Positions 8,707 through 18,438 of a stretch of 38,527 bases of DNA are shown piece by piece. Made by a program: the position numbers and the translations under genes. The stretch lies in the IMG/VR virus record IMGVR_UViG_2563366883_000008; one strand, given 5' to 3'. The stretch is from a virus. Lineage: Duplodnaviria; Heunggongvirae; Uroviricota; Caudoviricetes. Every line of letters starts with the position of its first letter. Position 1 is the first letter of the stretch. The notes under the pieces were generated by a model. The model worked only from the letters and a program-made list of their open reading frames with translations, was not told the DNA's origin and did not search any database.

Positions 8707-9140
8707 TCCCCCTTCATATCAGCATAAAAAATCATCGGATGTCTGCTTCCGTCCGGCAGGGTGATTTTCACGGAAAGCGAAAGGCGATCATGCCCCACAC
8801 GCATGGCATGACATACCACGGATGTGGCAGCACCGCTTTTATGCAGCCACGCCAGCGCTTCATCAGCATAGGCCTGTGCACGGCTGACCACGGAGGACAG
8901 CGTCTTTTCACGGCTTAACAGCCAGAGACGGGAGCCAACGGGGCGCTCCCGGAAACTGTCTCCCCACCATCCCCGCCTGTCACGAGTGCCGTCAGGGATT
9001 TCATCAGAATCCAGCGCCCGCCTGTCCGTAAACAGCGAAATCAGAACGGCCGTCAGCAGACTGTCATCCGTCAGCAGGTCGGCACCGTTCAGTTGCAGCG
9101 AGCCGCACCCCTGATCCCATACAATTGCAATATCAGCCAT
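8703..9140 (-). CDS. Baseplate wedge protein, GPW/gp25-like (Mu gp46-like); start at internal ATG 9138-9140
   Basis: ATG overlaps the stop of the upstream gene (ATGGCTGA); the longer ORF in the track would overlap it by 150 bp. Confidence 0.7.
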   Translation of the reverse strand: MADIAIVWDQGCGSLQLNGADLLTDDSLLTAVLISLFTDRRALDSDEIPDGTRDRRGWWGDSFRERPVGSRLWLLSREKTLSSVVSRAQAYADEALAWLHKSGAATSVVCHAMRVGHDRLSLSVKITLPDGSRHPMIFYADMKGE

Positions 9141-9747
9141 TCTCCGGTGCTCCTGTCTTACTGCCTTTGCCGTTATCCTGATGCACATGACCGGAATACC
9201 GTATCCCTGCAATAACGGCATCCGACATTGTGAACAGTCCCTGAGATTTCCCCGTACCATCAAGCGCGAAATTCCCCTTAACATGCAGGTTTTTATCCAC
9301 CGTCACATTGCCCGTAAAGGTGGCTTCCGGCGTATCCACCCGCATCCCCTCGTCGGCGTAAATCTCCAGCATTTTGCATGTCACAATAATGCGACCATCC
9401 TTTGTTAACCGTATCCGGTGCCCCTCATGGTGATACACCCCCGTATCTCCGGCTTTGAGTCCGGTCGGACGGCTGCGCCGGTCTTCCACCACAAGCACCA
9501 CAGTCTGATCCCGCTGTCCGCCCAGACAGGCAAAAAAGGTTTCTGCACCCGGCAGGGGAACGCTGATCTGCCCGTACTGCTGGGGGCGCTCCACATCATC
9601 AAAGGTTTCGCCGTCCATGCCGGTGAGCTGCACATTCTGCATTTTCAGTTCGTCATGTGTGCCGGTCAGAACGCCCCGGCCAAACAGCAGGCGAATACCG
9701 CGCGTTACCGGGGCAATCAGGCGGCTGAACACTTCATCATTCATCAA
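9133..9747 (-). CDS. Baseplate assembly protein V-like spike (Mu gp45-like), 204 aa
   Basis: Position and size in the baseplate module. Confidence 0.7.
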   Translation of the reverse strand: MMNDEVFSRLIAPVTRGIRLLFGRGVLTGTHDELKMQNVQLTGMDGETFDDVERPQQYGQISVPLPGAETFFACLGGQRDQTVVLVVEDRRSRPTGLKAGDTGVYHHEGHRIRLTKDGRIIVTCKMLEIYADEGMRVDTPEATFTGNVTVDKNLHVKGNFALDGTGKSQGLFTMSDAVIAGIRYSGHVHQDNGKGSKTGAPENG

Positions 9748-10861
9748 AGCTGATCCCCTGTTTTTTCATCTGCTGGCGAATAAAGGCATCAACATCGTCA
9801 CCGGAACCACCCCGGCCCTTACTGTCCGGCTCTGCCGGAACGATAAAGCCGTCACGCGGTGCCAGTACCAGCCGGGTGACTTCCCCGTTCTGTTCATCCA
9901 GTAAAAACTCCACCTGACAGACCAGCAGTTCAGTCTGTTCTATACCGAAACGCTGGGCCGAAACACCGGTCAGCAGATTGACATCCCATAACCGGCCATC
10001 ATCCCGGAACCAGCCACGCACGGTGGCAGAAAACCGTTCTGAACGGGCAATCGCACGGCGCATTTCACGCAGGGCACGCTGCCGTGCACCGGTGGTGTCT
10101 GTCTGTTGATCGGCGAGGATGATTTTCGGCCGGTAGCGGCCGATCTGCTCATCACTGATGACGCCCACAGGTGCTGCCAGCCGGGCGGCGGACTCGCTGT
10201 CTCCCCGTTTGCCACCACCGCGCCCGTGTCCCCGGACACGGTATTCACTGTATCGTCCTCGCCAGTCCGTGTTGTAATCGGCATCAAGCAGGTTATCTCC
10301 CAGCACCAGTCTGTCCGTCTGCTGGCTTCCTGCCTGGGTGAACACCAGATCGCCGTCAGCATTACTGGTCACCAGCACCCCGCGATGCCGAGCAGAACGG
10401 GTCAGCGCATCCGCCACGGTTTCTGAGTTTTCCAGCGTAAAAGAGCTGAAAGGGCGTGCAGCCGTGTCGTCGTTAACCTGCCAGCGCACAGCTATCCCGA
10501 AGGGCGCACATAAATCTGCGGCAATCTGTGCCAGCGTCCGGTTGCGCCACTGACTGCCGGGGTGGATGGCGGCACAGTCCACCAGATCGCCGGTTTTATC
10601 CCGGCCGCTGATGCTGATCTGATGACGGGTTGCACTGATCCGCTGACTGACCTGATCCAGCCAGCCACTGATGACCGTCTGCCCGTTAATTCTGAGCGTC
10701 AGGGACTGACCGGTCCGCAGGGCTGAGGGGATGCGCTCACCGGGCAGCATCAGCCCCAGTTCAAACGACCCGGCCAGATGCTCCAGCGAGCGACGGACGC
10801 TGACCGTCAGCCAGCCGGAAAAAATACTGCCGCCGATATACAGTTCAATCCTGCTGCTCAC
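9737..10861 (-). CDS. Tail protein P (Mu gp44-like, late control D-like), 374 aa
   Basis: Position after the DNA circularisation gene; size. Confidence 0.7.
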   Translation of the reverse strand: MSSRIELYIGGSIFSGWLTVSVRRSLEHLAGSFELGLMLPGERIPSALRTGQSLTLRINGQTVISGWLDQVSQRISATRHQISISGRDKTGDLVDCAAIHPGSQWRNRTLAQIAADLCAPFGIAVRWQVNDDTAARPFSSFTLENSETVADALTRSARHRGVLVTSNADGDLVFTQAGSQQTDRLVLGDNLLDADYNTDWRGRYSEYRVRGHGRGGGKRGDSESAARLAAPVGVISDEQIGRYRPKIILADQQTDTTGARQRALREMRRAIARSERFSATVRGWFRDDGRLWDVNLLTGVSAQRFGIEQTELLVCQVEFLLDEQNGEVTRLVLAPRDGFIVPAEPDSKGRGGSGDDVDAFIRQQMKKQGISFDE

Positions 10862-12203
10862 TGATCACCTCCACGCTGCGGCCACCCGGAACAAAAACCG
10901 GATCGGGGATGTTGTTTCTGCGGACAAAATACTGCCAGCGGCGGCTGTTGCCGGTGGCACGGTACAGCGTGACCAGTGCCGGTTCGGTGGTTCGCACCAT
11001 GACCTGAAAAGCACCGGGAAGATGAACACTCCGCGTGGTTAAATCTTCTGTCAGCGCAAGCCCTGCATCACGTAATGCAAGGGCGGTGCCGGTATGGCCC
11101 TGTGCGGACAGATCCAGTACCTGTTGTTCCATGGCATCACTCAAATCCCGGTTGATACGCTGCACATCGGCAGAACTTTCCAGCCAGGCCAGTCCACCCG
11201 CACGGTCAGTATCCTGAACGTGCCTTGTATTCTGCCGGATGACCTGATCCAGCAGTTTCCCGACCGTCTGCGCCTGCGACACCAGGGTTGCACTCTGCAT
11301 GACGCTCCGCAGCAGACGGATATTTTTCTGTGCCGCAGGCGTCAGACCAATCAGGCGCTGCGGATCATCCTGTTCGCTGAGGGTGTAACGCAGGGAAGAA
11401 AGTGTGCGGTACAGCTGCGGCATTGCCTGCTCTGTCATGCTGTCACGGTTTGTGGTCAGGCTGCCGGACGGCCTTCCTGCCTTCCCGGTCAGTGACAGGG
11501 AAGGATTGCCGGGCAGCCCGGTCAGCACGGCAAATATTCCGGCCAGCGATTCAGCCATGCGACGGGGCGCATTAATCAGGGCGGCGGCATTGCCTTTAAT
11601 GGCGGTAAAACTGGCCGTAAAGGCACTGACATCCTGCACAATCCCCATCCCTGAAACGGCATTCTCCAGCGCATCAATCTTATCGCTGATGGTGTCGGTC
11701 ATGGCCTGAACATCATGCAGACCGTCTGAAATCACCGTCCAGCCGTCTGAAAGCGTGTTAAACAGCTGATTCATTGCTGAACCGCTTTTCTGCTCCAGCG
11801 CAGCTGCCGTATCTTCTGCCACCGAAGGGGCGGTATCGTCACTGGCGGGGATCACGTTGATCGTGAACTCAACCGTTCCCTGCTCGCTGGCGTTATAACG
11901 GCTTTCAAAGCTGTTTATCAGCACGTTTAACGTGCCGTAATCCGGGTGCATCAGTTCACCGGCACCGGGTGCACGCAGCGCATCACGCAGGCGGCTTCGC
12001 TGTGTCTGAAGATCGTCTCCGGTCACCAGAACCGTGAATGTGAACTCCGGGAGTTTTGGCCCCAGATCATCCGCACCGCCGCTTTCACGCAGTGGGTATT
12101 CACGGCGCACAATGTTACGTCCGCCCCGTTCCCGCTGCTCCTGATAAACCAGGAACGGTACGCCACGAAAGGAGCCACGCCCCGGCGTGTCAGTAGAGGC
12201 CAT
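10845..12203 (-). CDS. DNA circularisation protein N (Mu gp43-like), 452 aa
   Basis: Position directly after the tape-measure gene; size. Confidence 0.7.
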   Translation of the reverse strand: MASTDTPGRGSFRGVPFLVYQEQRERGGRNIVRREYPLRESGGADDLGPKLPEFTFTVLVTGDDLQTQRSRLRDALRAPGAGELMHPDYGTLNVLINSFESRYNASEQGTVEFTINVIPASDDTAPSVAEDTAAALEQKSGSAMNQLFNTLSDGWTVISDGLHDVQAMTDTISDKIDALENAVSGMGIVQDVSAFTASFTAIKGNAAALINAPRRMAESLAGIFAVLTGLPGNPSLSLTGKAGRPSGSLTTNRDSMTEQAMPQLYRTLSSLRYTLSEQDDPQRLIGLTPAAQKNIRLLRSVMQSATLVSQAQTVGKLLDQVIRQNTRHVQDTDRAGGLAWLESSADVQRINRDLSDAMEQQVLDLSAQGHTGTALALRDAGLALTEDLTTRSVHLPGAFQVMVRTTEPALVTLYRATGNSRRWQYFVRRNNIPDPVFVPGGRSVEVISEQQD

Positions 12204-14247
12204 AGTTCCCTCCGTTCCAGACGTTCACATCCAGGCCATGCTGTGCGGTATCATCCACATCAATACTGCGCGCCCGCCAGCCTTCAGGGGCCACAAGCTC
12301 TACCCGTGCGGCGGTTTTCGCGGTGGCCTGTCCGCCGTTTTCGTCACTGCTGCCACGCAGTTTCTGCCAGGCCTGCGTCAGCCAGCCCCCCAGATAATCA
12401 CCGAGATAGCTGCCCACTGTGGAACCAATGGCAACCCCGACCGGACCGGCAGCCGCCCCCAGCGCGCCACCGGCGATACTTCCGGCAAGGGAACCCACGG
12501 CACCGGCTTTATCGGCTGCACTGGCGCTGCTGTCCAGCAGTACAGGAGCCGCCATGGCACCGGCCCACAGGGCACCCCCACCCAGCCGACCGGCACCACG
12601 GAACAGCCCGGCAAAACGCCCCAGCCCCATGCGGTTTCCGGCCGCCGAAAGCAGACCACCGGCACGGCTCATCATACGACCGAAGAAGCCCTGTTTACCG
12701 GCGCTCTCCGCCAGCTGCTCACCGGCGGTCACGACGGTCGTGACACCCCGCCCGCGTCCGGGGCCGCGTTTTTTACGGTCGCGCACGGTTTTGCCGTCAC
12801 CGCTGACCACCACATCCCCGCTGCCTGAGGCCAGGCCACCCGCAGGCCAGTTGGTGACCAGCACGGGCTGAACGGCAGCAGGATTTACCCCGGTAAGGAA
12901 ATTCAGGAAGCGGCCAGCGCGTCCGGGCTGCGTTCCCGGCACAGTGGTCTGCGGTTTGCGGAAGGGCGACGTCAGCACGGAGGTCATCGCCATACCATAG
13001 CGTAAGGGGGTTGCGCCGAGACGTAATGCTCCCGCCCCCGCAAACCTGAGCACCTTCAGCGCGCGGGAGGCGAGATACATATACATCAGGTATTTTGCGG
13101 CGGTCTGCGCCCCCTGACCAATACGATCCAGTGCATCGCCATAACCGGCGTCGCGCAGTGCCTGAAGCGTTTCCCTGACTTTCTGAATGGCACGGTAAAA
13201 GCCGGTTGCAGCGTCTCTGGCATACTCGAATCCCTGATTCAGGGCCGAGGCCGTCTGTGTGGCCAGCTTATCCTGTAAGCCGCTTTTCTGTGCCGCATCA
13301 GCATAATCCAGGAAGCCTTTCAGGCTCTTTTTCAGACTGTCAAACGGTCCCTTTGCCATCACTTCACGGGCAAACTGATCCCAGACGTCGCCCATCATGG
13401 ACGTCATTCCCGTCCAGGAATTCATGGCGTTTTTCTGGGCACCTTTTGCCTGTTCGGCCATCACCTGAAATAACAGGCGAATGCTGTCCGGCCCCAGTTT
13501 TCCTTTTTCGCCTTTCTCACGGATGAGCTTCTGGTTTACGCCCAGCTTATCGGCCAGTAACTGGTAAACGTTAATCCCGTATCCGGTCAGAATATTGGCG
13601 TCCGCTGCCTGGATACTCTGGCGGGCAAACATCTGTTTGAGTTGCAGGGACGCACCCTGTGCATCTGACAGTGACCAGCCGTGATAGCCGCCCTGATCCT
13701 GAAGCATGGTAATAAAGCGACGGGCTTCCCTGTCACTCATGCCAAACCCGCGACTGGAGGCGTATTCCTGCATAACCCCCGCCAGCCCCCAGGTGGTGTC
13801 TTTGGCGTTCTGTACTGCCCAGGCTTTCACTGCTTCCGTTTTTGCCTTATCGCCATGATTAATGGCGTTGAGACGCAGAATATAGTTCTCCATCTCTGCG
13901 GCCGGGCGGATAAAGGCTTTATTAAAACCGTAGACCGCAGCCCCTCCCGCCAGCATCCCGTAAAGGTTGCTTATCCGCCCGATGGTGCCGGTAATGCTGC
14001 CCTGCAGGCGGTCAAAATCTGACGTTACCGTGCGGATGCTGCCACGAACACCGGCAAGCGTTCGCTGCATACGGGAGCCGACAAGTTCTGTTTCCTGACC
14101 GGCCCGGCGGGCTGCATTTCCAAGACCACCCAGGCCTGTCCTGCCGGAACGGGAGAACGCCCCCAGCTCCTGTGACCACTGGCGGGATTTGGCGGAAATA
14201 TTGCCGAGTAAATCGACAATCAGGGAGGCTTTCAGGTTTTTTGCCAT
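12190..14247 (-). CDS. Tail tape-measure protein, 685 aa
   Basis: Long Gly/Ala-rich protein with hydrophobic glycine-zipper segments near the C-terminus, downstream of the tube and chaperone genes. Confidence 0.85.
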   Translation of the reverse strand: MAKNLKASLIVDLLGNISAKSRQWSQELGAFSRSGRTGLGGLGNAARRAGQETELVGSRMQRTLAGVRGSIRTVTSDFDRLQGSITGTIGRISNLYGMLAGGAAVYGFNKAFIRPAAEMENYILRLNAINHGDKAKTEAVKAWAVQNAKDTTWGLAGVMQEYASSRGFGMSDREARRFITMLQDQGGYHGWSLSDAQGASLQLKQMFARQSIQAADANILTGYGINVYQLLADKLGVNQKLIREKGEKGKLGPDSIRLLFQVMAEQAKGAQKNAMNSWTGMTSMMGDVWDQFAREVMAKGPFDSLKKSLKGFLDYADAAQKSGLQDKLATQTASALNQGFEYARDAATGFYRAIQKVRETLQALRDAGYGDALDRIGQGAQTAAKYLMYMYLASRALKVLRFAGAGALRLGATPLRYGMAMTSVLTSPFRKPQTTVPGTQPGRAGRFLNFLTGVNPAAVQPVLVTNWPAGGLASGSGDVVVSGDGKTVRDRKKRGPGRGRGVTTVVTAGEQLAESAGKQGFFGRMMSRAGGLLSAAGNRMGLGRFAGLFRGAGRLGGGALWAGAMAAPVLLDSSASAADKAGAVGSLAGSIAGGALGAAAGPVGVAIGSTVGSYLGDYLGGWLTQAWQKLRGSSDENGGQATAKTAARVELVAPEGWRARSIDVDDTAQHGLDVNVWNGGNYGLY

Positions 14248-14374
14248 GGGTTACTGCTTCGTTCTGAGAATTTTTTCGGTCTGTCGGCAGTGCCGGTAAA
14301 GCTGCGATAAGGGGAGGTTAAGCGCCCACTCCGGGCCGCTTTTTGTCACCATCCCCAGCACAATTGCGGCTTCT

Positions 14375-14851
14375 TCAATCTGATCCCGGCACTGCATCTG
14401 GTCGCCCCCGTTCAGCGACCAGCTTTCCTGCCATCGCGGAATCAAGCAGGCTTACCGCCGCCATCAGACGGGAGAGATCGCGCTCGCTGAGCTGTCCGAT
14501 CTGACGCGGAGATAATGGCCCCTCAATCTGGCCGACAGCGGCAATCTGACGGCGCAGCAGCGCAATGCCGCGCAGTGCCGGAGAGGCCACCAGAACCGGA
14601 CCGTTTCGGGTTTCCATAAGACGCTCGGCCTCACTCTCCGCATCAATGCTGTCTTTCGCCGTCAGTTCGCGGAAGGTGACGCGGTATTCACGGGATTCAC
14701 CGAACGGCAGGCCGTCGAGCAGATCCACATAGCCGTTCACCAGCTGTTCAGCCAGCCCGGCGGTGCGGGGATCGCCGTCTTCAAGTGCATCCCGGATAGC
14801 CTCCATCACGGCCTCGTCAGAAACCGCCGTTTTTTTCTTACGTGTGCTCAT
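14375..14851 (-). CDS. Tail assembly chaperone (Mu gp41-like), 158 aa
   Basis: Between tail tube and tape measure; 3' end overlapped by a second ORF (14251-14445) in another frame. Confidence 0.6.
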   Translation of the reverse strand: MSTRKKKTAVSDEAVMEAIRDALEDGDPRTAGLAEQLVNGYVDLLDGLPFGESREYRVTFRELTAKDSIDAESEAERLMETRNGPVLVASPALRGIALLRRQIAAVGQIEGPLSPRQIGQLSERDLSRLMAAVSLLDSAMAGKLVAERGRPDAVPGSD

Positions 14852-14865
14852 TACATTTTTCCTGA

Positions 14866-15231
14866 TTACTGGACACGGGTACTGGTGGCGCTGGCGAACT
14901 TCGCGGAGATATCACCGCCACCGTCAAGCGAGGCCGGTTCACTGCTCCAGGCCTTCGTCATCATGTGGACTTCACCGGTATCGGCCACAAACTCAATCGT
15001 GACCGCAGTCCAGGTGTTGATTTCATCGGCAGCCGGTGAACCTTCTCCGCCAGCCGGAAATTTACAGTCCAGCGTCGCCTCACGGGGTTTCTCGCGATAG
15101 CCATAGACTTTCGCGCCTTTCACCACTTCACGCTCATAGCCGGACGGGGAGAACGTGGCCCCCTCAAGGGTGTCGTACTCCTGTCCGTTCACACGGATGG
15201 TGGCCGTGCCCTGATACTGTTTTCCGCTCAT
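14866..15231 (-). CDS. Tail tube protein (Mu M-like), 121 aa
   Basis: Position directly after the sheath gene; size. Confidence 0.75.
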   Translation of the reverse strand: MSGKQYQGTATIRVNGQEYDTLEGATFSPSGYEREVVKGAKVYGYREKPREATLDCKFPAGGEGSPAADEINTWTAVTIEFVADTGEVHMMTKAWSSEPASLDGGGDISAKFASATSTRVQ

Positions 15232-15239
15232 GCCTTACC

Positions 15240-16742
15240 TCACAAAATGAAACGGATCTGTGCTGCCAGGAAGCGGAACTGGTTAACCAGATCCGGCGTG
15301 CATAACACGTCAAGGCGGTTTCGATCTGACGTATTACGCTCCACAAGCAGATTCTTTTTAAACGTGTCCAGATTTTCGACCAGCCCGAGTTCCACCCACT
15401 CTTCACCCAGCGAAATTAACTGAAGCTTCATGATCTCCGGCGTCACGATATTCTGACCGGCACGAACGGGCGTCCCGTCATCAGCCAGTTTATGGCGCGG
15501 AAAACGTTGAGTGATGAAAGTGCGCAGGGAATAACGCAGATATGACAGGGTGTAGATGGTTTCCACATCCAGATAGCTGGGATCACTTTCGCCGTACACG
15601 TTCTGGCGATACATCGTCACCTGACGCTCAATCTGAACCATATCCCCGGCCGCCACACTGACCGTGGCAATCCCTCCCCACAGCAGACTGTTACGCTCTT
15701 CACGCGTCAGACGATCGGCCGGGGCCGGGGCCATGCGTGACGGAAGCGCCAGCGTCTGAAGCGGACGCGCAGGATCTGCTCCCAGAGAGGGTGCACAGGT
15801 GGCACAGACCGCCGCTGCCCAGAGGTAATCCGGTTCAGGGGCTTTGGGAATGGATGTGCAGGTCGCCAGAAAATCATTGCGTTTTGCCCCGAATGCCTGC
15901 ACCTCACCAAACGTGCCGGTATGTGCCAGCCACAGCACGCCGTCAGACATTTTGGCCGGTCCCCAGCGTTTCAGAAGTTCATCACTGATGATTTTCAGGT
16001 TTGCATCGTCCTTGTAGGGCATGACAACATAGTTGTACTGGCGATCCCCCATTCCGGCCACACTTCGGGTGATATCGGGATTGCGGGCTCTTGAGGAGGG
16101 AAAGCCTGTCTGGGGCGTCAGCCCTGACGGCAGGGTTTCACCGTCGTGATAATTCAGGCGCAGATCGTGCACAGAGCATTCACCAATGAAGCGGGCGCTC
16201 ACTCCCATACTTCCTTTCAGACCGCCTGCATTACTGCCATCAACAACCGCAGATACAGCTGTGAATGGCGCATCAGTATCCTTATTTATCAGGGCAACAA
16301 GCGCATCAATGATAGCTTTTCCTTTTTGTCCGGCTTTTACGGGCAGCGCATAGCGTCGTCCACCAATATAGATGCAGAGCAAACCATCGGTCGCAGCCGT
16401 ACCGGTAAGGTTAAAGGCGGCGGCATTTGCCCCGCCTGTTCCGGCCCCCTGCGCAATAGCATACAGTTCCGCATCAGGATTGATGGCAATAAATTCAGCC
16501 ACCATCAGAGCGATCATGGAGCCACGCCCCCAGAGCTCCACAGCCTGAGAGGCGCGAGTGATCCTGACCGGAACATCCAGCACACCGGTACCGTCCACAG
16601 CATTCTCTTTCATTCTCGCCTGACCAAACAGCAGCACACACTGACGCTGTGCCGGGGTGCCGGTGACCGCCATGGAGTTATTAAACTCAACCCCAATCAG
16701 CGGTATACGGCGGTCATTACCGATCCCGTCAAAATTAATCAT
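15240..16742 (-). CDS. Contractile tail sheath protein (Mu L-like), 500 aa
   Basis: Size and position; followed by tube, chaperone and tape measure. Confidence 0.85.
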   Translation of the reverse strand: MINFDGIGNDRRIPLIGVEFNNSMAVTGTPAQRQCVLLFGQARMKENAVDGTGVLDVPVRITRASQAVELWGRGSMIALMVAEFIAINPDAELYAIAQGAGTGGANAAAFNLTGTAATDGLLCIYIGGRRYALPVKAGQKGKAIIDALVALINKDTDAPFTAVSAVVDGSNAGGLKGSMGVSARFIGECSVHDLRLNYHDGETLPSGLTPQTGFPSSRARNPDITRSVAGMGDRQYNYVVMPYKDDANLKIISDELLKRWGPAKMSDGVLWLAHTGTFGEVQAFGAKRNDFLATCTSIPKAPEPDYLWAAAVCATCAPSLGADPARPLQTLALPSRMAPAPADRLTREERNSLLWGGIATVSVAAGDMVQIERQVTMYRQNVYGESDPSYLDVETIYTLSYLRYSLRTFITQRFPRHKLADDGTPVRAGQNIVTPEIMKLQLISLGEEWVELGLVENLDTFKKNLLVERNTSDRNRLDVLCTPDLVNQFRFLAAQIRFIL

Positions 16743-16984
16743 TGCGGTTTCTCCTTATCGGATGCCGGTTGGGCGACCGGTTTTTCTGTCGCAGTCGTTG
16801 CATCCGCAGATACAGCCGGAGCCTCTTCAGCGGCTTTTTCAGCCTGAATGACATCGCCGTCATCAAGACGCCGACACCAGAACGGCGTGAAGGTTTTTTC
16901 CTCCCCCTCCTGTGCCAGCGGGCGCATTGTGTCGGGATCACGAATCAGGCGTCCCGGCGCGGGTTTGATAAAGATGGTTTTCAT
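16739..16984 (-). CDS. Hypothetical virion protein (Mu gp38 position), 81 aa
   Basis: Conserved position upstream of the sheath gene; overlapping stop/start. Confidence 0.5.
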   Translation of the reverse strand: MKTIFIKPAPGRLIRDPDTMRPLAQEGEEKTFTPFWCRRLDDGDVIQAEKAAEEAPAVSADATTATEKPVAQPASDKEKPQ

Positions 16985-17545
16985 TTACAGTTCCTCCGGC
17001 GGTTCGACCGCCGTTGTCGTGTTCCCCGGCAAATCAATATGTGCCTCAAACGGCGGCGTACCGGGCGGCTCCACAAAGGTTTCGTAATGACGCAGGAAGT
17101 CGTCCAGCGAGCTGATATCCGTCAGTGGCGCGATCATTTCCTCGCAGGAGAAATAAAGCGCATACATCACGGCCCCACTGTTCGCCTGGGTTTCGGTGTA
17201 ACCGTTGACCGCCTTTTCAAAGTAAAGCGGTGAGGTTTTTTCTGTTCTGAAGCCGTTAAGCACGGCAATCAGCCGGGCCACAATCTGATACAGTCCGGGA
17301 CGGCTGGCCTCACGCCCGTTGAGCATGTCGCCGATGACGTAGAACACCCAGTGACTGACCAGGCGACCACGGGTACGGCCTTCACCGGCACCCAGCCAGG
17401 CAACGTAGATCGCCGGAGCGTTAATCAGCATGGTGCGCAGTACGCTGTCGCTCCAGTCGCCGGGATGCGTGTCAACAGACACAAGTTCATTCCCGAAATA
17501 CTCACGGATACGGGCGATGTATGCCTGTTCGGTTTCCGTAATCAT
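16985..17545 (-). CDS. Head-tail joining protein (Mu gp37-like), 186 aa
   Basis: Position between head and tail modules. Confidence 0.55.
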   Translation of the reverse strand: MITETEQAYIARIREYFGNELVSVDTHPGDWSDSVLRTMLINAPAIYVAWLGAGEGRTRGRLVSHWVFYVIGDMLNGREASRPGLYQIVARLIAVLNGFRTEKTSPLYFEKAVNGYTETQANSGAVMYALYFSCEEMIAPLTDISSLDDFLRHYETFVEPPGTPPFEAHIDLPGNTTTAVEPPEEL

Positions 17546-17961
17546 ATGAAGCCCTTCTGGTTGCGCCCGAATACCGCCGCATCAGACTGAACCTGTGGTA
17601 AATCCCCGGATTCAGGGGCCGCACCGTTCGTATCCACACCGACCGGCACATTGCCGTTCATGACATCTTTCAGCCAGGCCAGCGCTTCGCGGTAACGGTC
17701 ACGCGCCTGATCGGAGGCTCTCTGATCGCACAGGTAATAAAAGGCAATCGCGCAACAGTGCTGAACAAGAACTGCCGGAATAACCTCCAGCGGCAGCGTG
17801 TAACGGGCGGACAGATAGCTGTCGATAAGGGCTGACGCATCTGTCAGCGCCCGGTTCAGCTTGCGCGTGTCCGGCTCATCCGAACGGGGCACTGCCAGTA
17901 ACGGCCTGAGCAAATCCTCGCGGTAACGCGCCCGCATATCGGTTTCAGTGGCGTAATTCAT
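17542..17961 (-). CDS. Head completion/connector protein (Mu gp36-like), 139 aa
   Basis: Position after the major head gene region. Confidence 0.55.
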   Translation of the reverse strand: MNYATETDMRARYREDLLRPLLAVPRSDEPDTRKLNRALTDASALIDSYLSARYTLPLEVIPAVLVQHCCAIAFYYLCDQRASDQARDRYREALAWLKDVMNGNVPVGVDTNGAAPESGDLPQVQSDAAVFGRNQKGFI

Positions 17962-18395
17962 GCGTGGGCCTTTTTCGCCTGTTTCGCTTTGTTACCGGTC
18001 TTTTTCCGGGGAGCATCCTGTCCGGCTTCGGCTTCGGCTTCGGCTTCGGCTTCGGCTTCGGCTTCGGCTTCGGCTTCGGCTTCGGCTTCGGCTTCGGCTT
18101 CGGCTTCGGCTTCGGCTAAATCTGTACCGGCCACTGCATGAACCACACCCGCCACGCTCCCCGCATCATCAGCAGGCGTCTGTAGTATTCGCACAGTGAG
18201 GCATGGCTCCGCCTCCAGTCGGGCAAGCTGCTCCGGGGTGACCTCAACCTGCTGACGTCCACGCGTGAACAGGAACCCCGCACGACGAAACGCCGAACGA
18301 CTGCAACGCACTTCTGCCAGCACCGTGACAGAATTGTCACCACTGACCTGAAGACCTGAATCATCTGTTGCTGCCACAGTGTGATGTTCATTCAT
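17958..18395 (-). CDS. Hypothetical head-module protein with (Ala-Glu)n repeat and Lys-rich C-terminal tail, 145 aa
   Basis: Between major head gene and connector genes; contains the GGCTTC tandem repeat. Confidence 0.6.
   Translation of the reverse strand: MNEHHTVAATDDSGLQVSGDNSVTVLAEVRCSRSAFRRAGFLFTRGRQQVEVTPEQLARLEAEPCLTVRILQTPADDAGSVAGVVHAVAGTDLAEAEAEAEAEAEAEAEAEAEAEAEAEAEAEAGQDAPRKKTGNKAKQAKKAHA
18022..18117. repeat. Tandem hexanucleotide repeat (GGCTTC), about 15-16 copies, encoding (AE)n
   Basis: Read directly: cggcttc repeated without interruption across 18022-18117. Confidence 0.95.
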
Positions 18396-18438
18396 ATTTG
18401 CCCTCCGCAGGGGTCGGGCCGTAAACCCGGCTCACCGT

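Noticed and set aside
11946-12828. Long plus-strand ORFs (265 and 213 aa) overlapping the tape-measure gene, and similar plus-strand ORFs over other structural genes (for example 16146-16847, 18961-19518, 23605-24204)
   Set aside because: Antisense shadow ORFs in GC-rich coding DNA; Pro/Arg/Ser-rich low-complexity translations with no start context, overlapping well-supported minus-strand genes.
18022-18117. CRISPR-like repeat array
   Set aside because: The units are 6-nt perfect tandem repeats with no spacers, inside a coding sequence; this is a simple sequence repeat, not CRISPR.
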